From an uncultured Candidatus Binatia bacterium (GTDB taxonomy: Bacteria; Desulfobacterota; Binatia; Bin18): 64,000 bases of DNA. The stretch lies in assembly GCA_965200965.1 (NCBI GenBank), contig OZ241744.1, positions 832,001 to 896,000 of the forward strand, in the 5' to 3' direction. The notes under the pieces were generated by a model. It ran no database searches. It was not told the DNA's origin and saw only the letters and a program-made list of their open reading frames with translations. This document shows positions 41,198 through 49,933 of this stretch, in pieces. How positions within the stretch are numbered: the stretch's first letter is position 1; every line of letters begins with the position of its first letter. A program made the translations under genes and the position numbers.

Positions 41198-41753
41198 CTA
41201 AAAATGAAATGCAATGACGATGCGATGGATGAGATACGAATCGGAATTTTCAGCGTTGGAGAAGGGAGGAATTGTGATCAAAAGTATTATAGTGTCGCGG
41301 ACACTTTGATATCGCCTTCGACATCTGTCCCCCCAAGTGTGGGCAGGCTCTGCCGACAGAACCGGACTACCTGAACGTTCCAGGTGCTGATACAGACCCT
41401 CGGCCTGCTTCCATATCCGGTATATCTCGTTGCAGACGTTGGTCTTGGCCGTGGTCTTGCTCTTTCTTGCCGGGGCTTTTTTCCGTGTCGGCTTCGTCTT
41501 TTCCCCCCACTTGGCATCCCACTCGGCCTGCGCTTCTTTCGCTTCCTTCGCCCACCTAGCGTTTGCCTCCTCTTGCGCCCGCTTCGCCTTCGATGAGTTC
41601 ATACACCGACTCGACTTCCTGCTCGTGAGGAACCTCTTGCTTCTACCGTAAATCTGCAAGCTCCGGGCTGATTTCGTATGTGAGCGGTGGTTTCTGAACC
41701 GCGCATCCTGCCACCACCAACGCCAGGGCTAGGGGTAAGAGGGTTTTCTTCAT
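41198..41753 (-). pseudogene. Fragmented lipoprotein gene
   Basis: Lipoprotein signal MKKTLLPLALALVVAGC, premature TAG at 41643-41645; protein-like continuation (AQEEANARWAKEAKEAQAEW) in a shifted frame. Confidence 0.5.
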
Positions 41754-41812
41754 TCCCGTTCCTTCTTGCTGAACCCGGCCGTGCTGGGCAGAGCCGGGGC
41801 TATCCGTTGGGG

Positions 41813-42273
41813 TTAGTTGCACCACCTCGGGTTTATCAGGACATAGCCCTGTTTACTCTCTTCCCAAGTGACTGAAACAGACCGATTAGGAAAAATGGGG
41901 TGTGGGATAGTCTCACAGAACGATTCAACACCTCGGACAAACTCCTGCCCCAATGTCGACACCCGGAAATCGTTTGCCGTGACGAGTGTATCGTTCACAA
42001 CTAGCCCCATGCGGTGTGTTCCATCCCCAAGCAGATTCCAGTTGAAGAGCAAGCCAAAGCCGTTATTGGTATCGCCGCATGCTCTGAGCGTATCGCCGCG
42101 GGCGGTTCCATAGGCAGGATAGAGCGGGCCAACGCTCCCCCTAGATGTAGCAACGCTTCTGTCCGGGTTGTAGCATAGGGCGGGGTAGATGTTGCCGTTG
42201 TGGTGGCAGTCTGTCCGAAGGCCGGACTAGCCAAGGCCAACACCATCATCAACATAAAAATCGCCTTCATCAT
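41813..42273 (-). pseudogene. Frameshifted secreted protein with an RGDT-x3-CGD-x2-NGF-x4-NW domain
   Basis: Signal MMKAIFMLMMVLALASPAFG in one frame; AYGTARGDTLRACGDTNNGFGLLFNWNLLGDGTH..STLGQEFVRG in another. Confidence 0.65.
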
Positions 42274-42427
42274 TCTTCCTTCCTTCCTGAACCCCGAGGC
42301 CGACGAGTAACGCAATCTTGCGTTTGAGTCAAACATCATGCCCTGCCCAGTATAGACGGGTTTATAAGAGAGGAGACGGAAGGCTGTGAAGGGCTACTGG
42401 CAAAAGATTATGCCTATAAAAAATATA

Positions 42428-42439
42428 TGACTATAGTCA
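42428..42439. promoter_or_regulatory. TGACTATAGTCA palindrome, copy 2
   Basis: Exact 12-mer in AT-rich intergenic DNA; regulatory role inferred. Confidence 0.65.
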
Positions 42440-42541
42440 AAATTACTCTGTCAAATCATATAAAAATCTCTGTTCTGTACATTTAGAGTTATTTTTTAGC
42501 TGAATAAGTGTTTGTTCGCATGGTTTTAATTTTTGAAAAAT

Positions 42542-42567
42542 TATTTTATGACTATAGTCATAAAATA
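42542..42567. promoter_or_regulatory. 26-bp perfect palindrome, TGACTATAGTCA copy 3
   Basis: TATTTTATGACTATAGTCATAAAATA is self-complementary. Confidence 0.7.
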
Positions 42568-42721
42568 TCGTTTTTTCTCAAAGACAGACGGCGAAGCTGG
42601 TTAATTCCGACCATCAATGTTCACTGCCTAATCAGTTAGGAGTCTCGCTGAGGACCCAGACCAACCATCCTTACAACAGTAAGCGGTGTGTTGCGACAGT
42701 GTGGGAGAACGCGCCCGAAGG

Positions 42722-42736
42722 TGAACGATGATGACC
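42722..42736 (+). repeat. Intergenic repeat core TGAACGATGATGACC, copy 2
   Basis: Identical 15-mer at 44076 (+) and 30949-30963 (-). Confidence 0.7.
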
Positions 42737-42786
42737 CTCATCATCAGGAAGAAATTATTGTTCGCCTTTGCGTCGGTATAATCTAT

Positions 42787-42814
42787 TATTGACATAATAT
42801 ATCTTATCAGACAT
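42787..42814 (-). other. Putative dif site (XerC/XerD chromosome dimer resolution)
   Basis: ATGTCTGATAA-GATATA-TTATGTCAATA has the 11-6-11 layout of E. coli dif GGTGCGCATAA-TGTATA-TTATGTTAAAT; intergenic and AT-rich. Confidence 0.8.
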
Positions 42815-42836
42815 AAAAGATTATATTGCTTCCCCC

Positions 42837-43505
42837 TTAATCAAGCTTCCGCTCAACCAACTCCTTCAGGAGCGAATTGTCGGCCATCTCTGCAAACTTT
42901 TGATAGTACGATTGGGCCTGCGTGCGATCATTGGTTTTTTCAAAAATCCTGGCCGATGATAAAAAGGCCTGTGACTGCGTCGGACCGTCTATCTCGGCAG
43001 CTTGCATATAACGGCTCTTGGCGAGCGCGATTTCCCCGGCCTGTTCTGCGACCTCGCCCAGCTTGAGCAAAGCCAGTTGCACCAAGTAATGGTCACCGTG
43101 CTTGGCGTCTGCTGCAACGGCTTGGTAGGCCCGAGCCGCTTTCCCAAACTCCCGCTGCTGCTGATAGGCGTGGCCGAGGTGCCACAAGGCCAACTGACGC
43201 GGCTGCCCGCCTAAACGGGCAGCCGCGGTTTCAAAATGCCGAATTGACCCGTCCAGAGCGTCCGGTATCAGGGTTTCTTCTGCACTTGCCGCTAAGCCCG
43301 CTCGCAGGGCTTCTAATCCGCTCGCGGTCTGGTAGTGCCAAAAGAGGCTGACACCGCCCCACACCACTAGCACGACTAGTCCAACGCCAGCCACGGTGGT
43401 CAGCAATCCCTGCCGTGGCTGACTCCAACTCGAAATCTGACGCGCCCATTCAGACAGATGCTCAAAGGGGTAACGAGTTAAGGCCGCTTTTCGTTCGGGG
43501 CGCAT
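42837..43505 (-). CDS. Membrane-anchored TPR-like protein (YfgM-like)
   Basis: Single TM followed by helical repeats (ALWHLGHAY, ALLKLGEV, AQSYYQK). Confidence 0.75.
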   Translation of the reverse strand: MRPERKAALTRYPFEHLSEWARQISSWSQPRQGLLTTVAGVGLVVLVVWGGVSLFWHYQTASGLEALRAGLAASAEETLIPDALDGSIRHFETAAARLGGQPRQLALWHLGHAYQQQREFGKAARAYQAVAADAKHGDHYLVQLALLKLGEVAEQAGEIALAKSRYMQAAEIDGPTQSQAFLSSARIFEKTNDRTQAQSYYQKFAEMADNSLLKELVERKLD

Positions 43506-43511
43506 ACCGCT

Positions 43512-44033
43512 CTACATCTTGTATTTGAAATCGTCGGGAGACATTTTTTCAAGAATCTCGGCCCACTTGTCGCGCGAGACATTCGACAGGTTAGTGTCGT
43601 CTTTTTGCCCCTCTTCGATCTGTTGCAACACGCTGGACGCCTCAAGCACCTGCTTGGCTACAAAGATCGGACTTTTGGTCCGTAGGGCTAAGGAAATCGC
43701 ATCGCTGGGGCGAGCATCAATGCTCAGCGTTTTATCCCCGGCCCGCAGGCAAATCGAGGCGTAATAGGTGTTGTCCTTGAGTTCGGTGACCTCAATCAAT
43801 TCAACTTGGCCGCCCAGCTCATCAATCAGCGTACGCAGCAAATCGTGGGTCATGGGCCGCGCCATCTGAATGCTCTCCAGTTCGGTGGCCATGGCTGTGG
43901 CTTCCATAAGACCGATCCAAATCGGCAGATTGAGTTTATTGTCCACATCCTTGAGGATGACGATCGGGGTTTTGGTCATTGGGTCAAGAGTCAACCCCCC
44001 GACACGCATCTCAACAAAATTCTCTCGGGCCAT
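43512..44033 (-). CDS. Bifunctional nuclease family protein (DUF151/BFN)
   Basis: LPIWIG..EA, RPMTHDL and IDARPSDAI motifs. Confidence 0.93.
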   Translation of the reverse strand: MARENFVEMRVGGLTLDPMTKTPIVILKDVDNKLNLPIWIGLMEATAMATELESIQMARPMTHDLLRTLIDELGGQVELIEVTELKDNTYYASICLRAGDKTLSIDARPSDAISLALRTKSPIFVAKQVLEASSVLQQIEEGQKDDTNLSNVSRDKWAEILEKMSPDDFKYKM

Positions 44034-44075
44034 GTTTCCCCCTTGCTCTGCCCTCACGCAGCCTTGGTCCCGTAC

Positions 44076-44117
44076 TGAACGATGATGACCTCCTCTCATC
44101 AGGAGGAGAGCAGCGTA
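44076..44117 (+). repeat. Intergenic repeat, copy 3 (core plus AGG..GAGA.CAGCGTA tail)
   Basis: Shares the 15-bp core and the CAGCGTA tail with the gatA-gatB copy. Confidence 0.7.
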
Positions 44118-44146
44118 CACTTCGCCCCGCAGCGTCAATTCGGCAT

Positions 44147-45559
44147 TCAGGCGGTGACCAGACGATCAATAACACGGTACAGTTGGTTCAGGTTGCGGCA
44201 CTCTTCAACCATGCTGCAGTATGGCGCGTAGCGATCCATTTCACTGTCCCCAAATCCCCAGGTGAGCTTGCTCTCCGGGTTGAGCCAGATCACCTGCTTG
44301 GCGCGCTGTTGGAGCTCTCTGAGCACCCACTCGTGGGGCAGATTGTAGTTATTGCGGGCATCCCCCAAGACGATGACCGTGGTGCGTTTGTTGATGATCG
44401 AAAAATGGTCACGGTGAAACGTTCGAAACGCCCGGCCAAAGTCCGAGTGGGCGTAGATGTTAATAATATTTCCCCGTAGCGATAAGTCGATGGCCGAATG
44501 GATATCGTTGTCCTCAAACAGTCGGGTGACCTCGCCGAGGTCAGCGACAAAAATATAGCTCCGCACCCGCGAGTACAAATCCTGAATAGAATAGACAAAC
44601 TGGAGCATGAAGCGCGAGACGTTGCGCACCGAGTCTGACACGTCGCACAAGATGACGACCTGGGGCTTTTCTTTTTTCTTTTTGTCAAGCACGATCTTAA
44701 ACGGCACGCCCCCATACTGGAGGTTTTTGCGTAACGTCTGCTGGAGATCAAAGCGGCCCTTTTTAGCGTGTTTGCGGCGGATGGCAATAACCTGCTTGAA
44801 GCGCTGGGCCAGCTTGGCCACCGCCTCTTTCATTTTCCGAATCTCGTCTTCAGTCAGATAGTAGAAGCTCTTATCGGCCAAGCTGCGCATCTTTTGCTGG
44901 TCACGAACCTGAGAGTCCCGCTTTTCCAGTTCAGCCCGCACATAGCTGCGAATCATATGGGCCAAGTCCTGCAGACGGCGGTCCAGATAGGTCATCATCT
45001 GTTCAATCTGTTCGGTCGACAGGCCCGCCTGCTGCAGGGCGTCTTTCATATCCGCCAACTCTTGGGTCAACTGGCCGAAGCCGAGTTGTTGGGCGACCGC
45101 ATTGGCAAACTGTCCCTCTTGAAACGAGCGCTGGATATCTTGCAGGTTGGCCTGCTCGGCCGCTTCGCGCAGCAGGCGTTCCAACTGGCCGGTGTTGTTC
45201 TCGAGCAGCGCCTGGGCTAGTTCGGACAGATCAGACCCCATGATTTCAAGCGCTTCCTTGAGTTGATCGAGAAACTGCTGGAACTCTTCTTCAGACATCT
45301 CCATGGCCTGCATGGTCGCTGTACCAGCCTCTTTGATGATTTCCCCCAAACCGCTGAAAAACATGTCAAACAGTTCGTCATAGGTCTGTATATCAACCGC
45401 TCGCTTGACCAGAGTTGAACGCAGCGTATCCTTGACCACTGCGCGCTCACCAAGACCGATCAGACCGAGCGCGGCGAACGTGTCCATATTTTCAGCGGCC
45501 GACACCTTGAGGCCGTTCTGACGCAAGAGATTGCCAAATTCGATGATTTTATCGTCCAT
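44147..45559 (-). CDS. VWA domain protein (CoxE-like)
   Basis: MIDAS-like CDVSDSV, LGDARNNY and WLNPE motifs; follows the MoxR ATPase. Confidence 0.9.
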   Translation of the reverse strand: MDDKIIEFGNLLRQNGLKVSAAENMDTFAALGLIGLGERAVVKDTLRSTLVKRAVDIQTYDELFDMFFSGLGEIIKEAGTATMQAMEMSEEEFQQFLDQLKEALEIMGSDLSELAQALLENNTGQLERLLREAAEQANLQDIQRSFQEGQFANAVAQQLGFGQLTQELADMKDALQQAGLSTEQIEQMMTYLDRRLQDLAHMIRSYVRAELEKRDSQVRDQQKMRSLADKSFYYLTEDEIRKMKEAVAKLAQRFKQVIAIRRKHAKKGRFDLQQTLRKNLQYGGVPFKIVLDKKKKEKPQVVILCDVSDSVRNVSRFMLQFVYSIQDLYSRVRSYIFVADLGEVTRLFEDNDIHSAIDLSLRGNIINIYAHSDFGRAFRTFHRDHFSIINKRTTVIVLGDARNNYNLPHEWVLRELQQRAKQVIWLNPESKLTWGFGDSEMDRYAPYCSMVEECRNLNQLYRVIDRLVTA

Positions 45560-45658
45560 GAGTCCTCTCCCAAAGTGAGCGATGACAGGCGCTTTATGCA
45601 GAAGATACCATTGGCCCACTTTGCTCATCGTAGTGCAAGCGGCCGCCCTCTCCCCTGT

Positions 45659-46615
45659 TTAGTGTAAGAGGTCTTCGTGCTCGCCCTCTTCAACGGTTTG
45701 GGCTTTCTTCTTTTGCAGGTAGTCCTTTAACTCCGCCTCGGCTTTACGCACATCTCCCTCATATTTCAGGATGGCGTTCAGAGTCTCGTTGACCACCCCT
45801 TCCTCAAGCTTATGCACATTGAGCAGGGTCAGGGCCTTGGCCCAGTCCAGGGTTTCGCTGATGCTGGGGACCTTTTTCAGGTCCAGTTTGCGAATATTCT
45901 GGATGATCTCGACCACCTCCCCAGCCAGTTTCTCGGACACTCCCGGGACCTTGAGTTTGACAATATCGAGTTCCTGTTTGTGATCTGGAAAATCGATATA
46001 CAGGTGGAGGCAGCGCCGCTTGAGCGCGTCAGACATCTCCCGCGCGTTATTACTGGTCAGCACGACGAGCGGGATATGCTTGGCCTGAAGCGTGCCCAGT
46101 TCCGGCACACTGACCTGAAAATCGCTCAGCACCTCGAGTAAAAAGGCTTCAAACTCACTGTCTGATTTGTCGATCTCATCAATCAGCAGGACTAACCGCT
46201 CGTTGGCCGATATGGCTTGCAGGAGAGGCCGCGGCAGAATGAAGCGGTCAGAAAAGAACACTGTATCCTGGTCTGCAATCCGCTCAACCGCGTCTTTGAG
46301 GGTCGCCGTCCCTTCAAGGGTTTCGCTGATTTTGTCCTTAAGAATCTGCGTATACAGCAGCTGCTTGGCATACTCCCACTCATACAGCGCCTTAGCCTCA
46401 TCGAGCCCCTCATAGCACTGCAGACGGATCAATTGGCACCGCAGAGACGCCGCCACGACTTTGGCTAACTCGGTCTTGCCAACTCCGGCTGGCCCTTCCA
46501 CCAGAATCGGTTTTCGCAGATGACTCGCCAAGTAGACGATCGTTGCAATACGCCGATCACAGATATACTGCTCGTCGGCAAATTTACTGATCACATCTTC
46601 AATAGATTCGAACAT
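45659..46615 (-). CDS. MoxR family AAA+ ATPase (CoxD-like)
   Basis: EGPAGVGKT, RLQCYEG, LLIDEIDK and DALKRRC motifs. Confidence 0.93.
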   Translation of the reverse strand: MFESIEDVISKFADEQYICDRRIATIVYLASHLRKPILVEGPAGVGKTELAKVVAASLRCQLIRLQCYEGLDEAKALYEWEYAKQLLYTQILKDKISETLEGTATLKDAVERIADQDTVFFSDRFILPRPLLQAISANERLVLLIDEIDKSDSEFEAFLLEVLSDFQVSVPELGTLQAKHIPLVVLTSNNAREMSDALKRRCLHLYIDFPDHKQELDIVKLKVPGVSEKLAGEVVEIIQNIRKLDLKKVPSISETLDWAKALTLLNVHKLEEGVVNETLNAILKYEGDVRKAEAELKDYLQKKKAQTVEEGEHEDLLH

Positions 46616-46738
46616 CCTTCCTCCCCAAGGCGAGTGATTTGGGCCAACCTAGCACAAGGGTAGGCGAAAGACAACGCGCACACCCAACCGGTACCGCTTG
46701 CGCCCGGCAACGCTCCGCCTCTATAATCCGTCCCCGTT

Positions 46739-47506
46739 ATGTGTACCCTGGCTCTGTATTTCCGCGTTTTTGCCGACTCTCCCATTGTGGTCGCGGCCAA
46801 CCGTGATGAATTGCTCGCCCGCCCCTCAGATCCCCCTCTTCAACTGGCGATCAATCCCTGGATATGGGGCGGGCGTGATCGGATCGCCGGCGGCACATGG
46901 CTAGGCGTGAATGCCGCCGGCGTCATGGCCGGTATTCTTAACCGCCAGTCCCCCCTCCCCCCAGACCCAAGTCGCCGCTCACGCGGTCAACTCTGCCTCG
47001 ACGCCCTGCGCTATCCATCGGCCACCCAAGCTGCCGAACAGATCATTCGTCACTTTCCGCACGAATATAATCCTTTCACCCTGGTGATCGCTGATACACA
47101 GCGAGCCTACGCCATCAACACGGCACCTATTGCCCTCGCCCTGCACACCCTCAAGCCCGGTCTCTACCTGTTTACCAACCGTGATTTTAACGACCCCAGT
47201 TGTCCCCGCATTGCGCGTCTGCTCCCCCATTTCCAACAGCTCAGCCAGACGACAGAGCAGCCTGCCTTTGCCGCTCTGGGTCCCCAACTACGCCACCTTA
47301 TGGCCGACCACGGTACCCGTCCTCCCGAACTGGAGGGAGCGCCCTCCGAGCCCGATACCCGTAACAGCCTGTGCCTGCACCTGGACGGCTATGGCACATG
47401 TTCGTCCACCCTCCTAGCCTATCAGACCGAAGTCCAGTCTTACCACTATCTGTTTGCCCCGGGTGCCCCATGTCAGCACCCTTATGAGATGGTGTCTCTG
47501 CCGTAA
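46739..47506 (+). CDS. NRDE/TANGO2 family protein
   Basis: MCT start, AANRDE, GRD..AGGTWLG and YGTCSST motifs. Confidence 0.92.
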   Translation: MCTLALYFRVFADSPIVVAANRDELLARPSDPPLQLAINPWIWGGRDRIAGGTWLGVNAAGVMAGILNRQSPLPPDPSRRSRGQLCLDALRYPSATQAAEQIIRHFPHEYNPFTLVIADTQRAYAINTAPIALALHTLKPGLYLFTNRDFNDPSCPRIARLLPHFQQLSQTTEQPAFAALGPQLRHLMADHGTRPPELEGAPSEPDTRNSLCLHLDGYGTCSSTLLAYQTEVQSYHYLFAPGAPCQHPYEMVSLP

Positions 47507-47539
47507 AGGTCAACGATCTCTTCCTGCTTATGAGGATCG

Positions 47540-48283
47540 TCATTGACCTTCCAGCCCAGACGCTAACCAGCCCCCGTCAAGCACATAAGTCGCGCCCGAT
47601 ATAAAATCTCCCTGCTCGATCAGAAAGCGTACTGTACGGGCTACATCGTGCGGGCTGCCAAGCCGGCCCAGGGGCGTGTTGCGGCGGAGGCGTTCCAACT
47701 CGGCAGTCGTGTATATGGCGGGCGGTAAGACCGGGCCGGGCGCAATCGTATTGACTTGGACCTGGGGTGCCAGGGCTTTGGCCAAGGCTAGACTCAGGGT
47801 CTGGATACCGCCTTTGGACACACAATAGGCTAAATAGTCCTGGGACGGCCGCAGCCCGCTCCAGTCGCCGAGCTGAATAATTTTTCCCGCCCCCTGACGA
47901 CACATGACCCGACCCAACTGGATTCCTAAACAGAACGCCGCGGTCAAATTTGTGTGTAGAAAAGCGTTCCAGTCCGCAGTGCTGAGCCGGGCAATGGGGG
48001 TCGGGTAAAAGAGGGCAGCATTATTCACTAGCACATCGACCCGGCCGTCGAACTCCAGGGCCTGATCGCCCAACCGTTGGACATCTGCCACCCGGCGCAA
48101 GTCCGCCTTGAGGATATGTGTCCGACGTCCACGCAGGCGGATAGCAGCCGCCAACTCCCGCGCAGAAGAGGTATGGACATGCAAGATGACATCCGCCCCA
48201 GCCTCGGCCAGCGTCAGGGCAATGGCCCGTCCCAACCGCCGGGCCGCCCCGGTCACCAGCGCAACACATCCCTCTAGTTGCAT
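47540..48283 (-). CDS. Pteridine reductase-like SDR (FolM/PTR1 type)
   Basis: TGAARRLG (Arg-containing cofactor loop), NNAALFYPT, YCVSK and IAPG motifs. Confidence 0.85.
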   Translation of the reverse strand: MQLEGCVALVTGAARRLGRAIALTLAEAGADVILHVHTSSARELAAAIRLRGRRTHILKADLRRVADVQRLGDQALEFDGRVDVLVNNAALFYPTPIARLSTADWNAFLHTNLTAAFCLGIQLGRVMCRQGAGKIIQLGDWSGLRPSQDYLAYCVSKGGIQTLSLALAKALAPQVQVNTIAPGPVLPPAIYTTAELERLRRNTPLGRLGSPHDVARTVRFLIEQGDFISGATYVLDGGWLASGLEGQ

Positions 48284-48594
48284 CTCTGGCCCCGCTATCA
48301 GCTTTCTCGATCGGCACTGTGGCAAAGGCGAATTTGGATATGTTGCCGCGCGATCTCAGCGTAGCGGAGGGTCAAGGTGCGCATGAAGATATGCGCTGCC
48401 CTAACCGGTAGACAAACGAGATACAGGCCACTTGACCCCATCTGTAACAATAACCGTGATTTTTTCCATGGTTTTGACCCTTTGAGTGAGGACTGTGACT
48501 GTATGGGTTTATCCAGAAAGGGTCAAGAAAAAGACGATCCACCCATATTACTCCTTCAACCGGACACAACCTTCCAGCTTCCAGAAGCCAAATA

Positions 48595-48925
48595 CATATA
48601 ATAAGCAAGTAATAATTTTCTGAAAAATAAAAAGAAATAAAATTAGAATAAAAATTATTGCTAAAGAAATAATAAAGTAAAAAATAACTAAATAAAAAGA
48701 AAAACAGAAGAAAAGATTTTTCTTAGTAAATTCAATATGTTAGAAGAATATTAACCTCGCTTCAGATCTATTTTAGTCACGAAGACAAAATAGAAAACAG
48801 GAAAGAAATTTGGCGATCAGTAATAATAGCTTGGATTTTATAGCCCAAGTAATAAATAATGGCCTTTTCCACAGAGTTAAGAAATACTGTGGATAAAACA
48901 CAGCAACAAAAGACAGGAAACAAGC
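48595..48925. promoter_or_regulatory. Very A-rich intergenic tract with two DnaA-box-like 9-mers
   Basis: Long A/T runs at 48595-48760; TTTTCCACA at 48865-48873 and TGTGGATAA at 48888-48896. Confidence 0.5.
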
Positions 48926-49681
48926 ATGGAAGCGAGTACCACAGCACGGCGGGGAGTCCGCCCAAAAAGTCCGAATGCCCCGGCCTACACCATCCAGGAG
49001 TGCTTGGAGGATATCCGCAAAATCTTTCGAGCAGAGCATCAAGTCCCGATTAGCCGGGAGTCTATAGCCGAACACCTGAGTTTGGCGGCACAATCGGGGC
49101 CTTTTAACAGGAAACTGAGCAGTCTACGTCAATTTGGCTTGCTTGAGCCAATCGGTAAGGACCTTCGGGTGAGCGACCTGTTTTTGCGTATTGAGCACGC
49201 CGCAGACGAAAACGATCGCTATCATGCCCTGCGAGAAGCCATAGGCCGGCCGACCATCTTTCAAGGCTTGCTCGGCCAATACGAAAACAGCGGTACGCCT
49301 TCGGATATCAACCTGACGAACCAGTTGATTATCAAATATCGTTTCACCAAAAAGAACGCCGAAACTGTCTCAAAAGCGTTTTTAGAATCTTACCGATTTG
49401 CCGGTCTAGGACCGCAAACGCGCCCGCTGTCTTCACCGGCTCTGCCCTTCCCCGCTCCTCCAGCACCGCCTCCAATACCCGATCCGTCTCCCTCGGTGCA
49501 GCCTATCCCCACGGTCCCCTCCCCTATTCCAAACGAGCCGCCTCACCGGCCTCAGTGCCGTCAGGAAATCCCGCTCGGCACAGCTCGACGCGCCGTGCTT
49601 GAGCTGCCTGACGACGTGACACCCGAGGAAATCGCCAAAGTGATACGGGTCCTTAAAGCCCTGGTCGACACCGACACCTAA
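48926..49681 (+). CDS. Uncharacterised protein: probable winged-helix N-domain, Pro-rich linker, small C-domain
   Basis: KSPNAPAYTI..ISRESIAEHL..KLSSLRQFGLLE pattern; PAPPAPPPIPDP linker. Confidence 0.75.
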   Translation: MEASTTARRGVRPKSPNAPAYTIQECLEDIRKIFRAEHQVPISRESIAEHLSLAAQSGPFNRKLSSLRQFGLLEPIGKDLRVSDLFLRIEHAADENDRYHALREAIGRPTIFQGLLGQYENSGTPSDINLTNQLIIKYRFTKKNAETVSKAFLESYRFAGLGPQTRPLSSPALPFPAPPAPPPIPDPSPSVQPIPTVPSPIPNEPPHRPQCRQEIPLGTARRAVLELPDDVTPEEIAKVIRVLKALVDTDT

Positions 49682-49933
49682 GCGATCCCGAGTCGGACAA
49701 GGAGCACGGACATGTCTGAGCAGGCGGCCCTTTCTGCCAAGCCTTGGAGAATCTGTTCTTTCGATAAGAGAACTGGATCAACGCTGTCTTTTCCAACATA
49801 ATTCGTCCGCTCCGCAAAATTATGTCAACTTTATTCTCTTCCGCCTCTTTCACTCCAGACAAAACTGACCTATTGACCGGCTATCTGGATTTCTGCATTG
49901 TAGGTCCAGTTCGGATTCACAGTTGAGGAACAT

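Noticed and set aside
41643-41645. Amber read-through (pyrrolysine) in the lipoprotein gene
   Set aside because: A further frameshift and stop follow and no pyl genes are visible; decay is the simpler explanation
42703-42750. Glycine riboswitch (GGAGA..CCGAAG..TCAGG)
   Set aside because: Spacing is too short for P2, the CTCTCAGG motif is absent and no sense gene lies downstream
48595-48925. Chromosomal oriC
   Set aside because: Only two DnaA-like boxes, no dnaA/dnaN/gidA nearby, and a dif-like site 6 kb away
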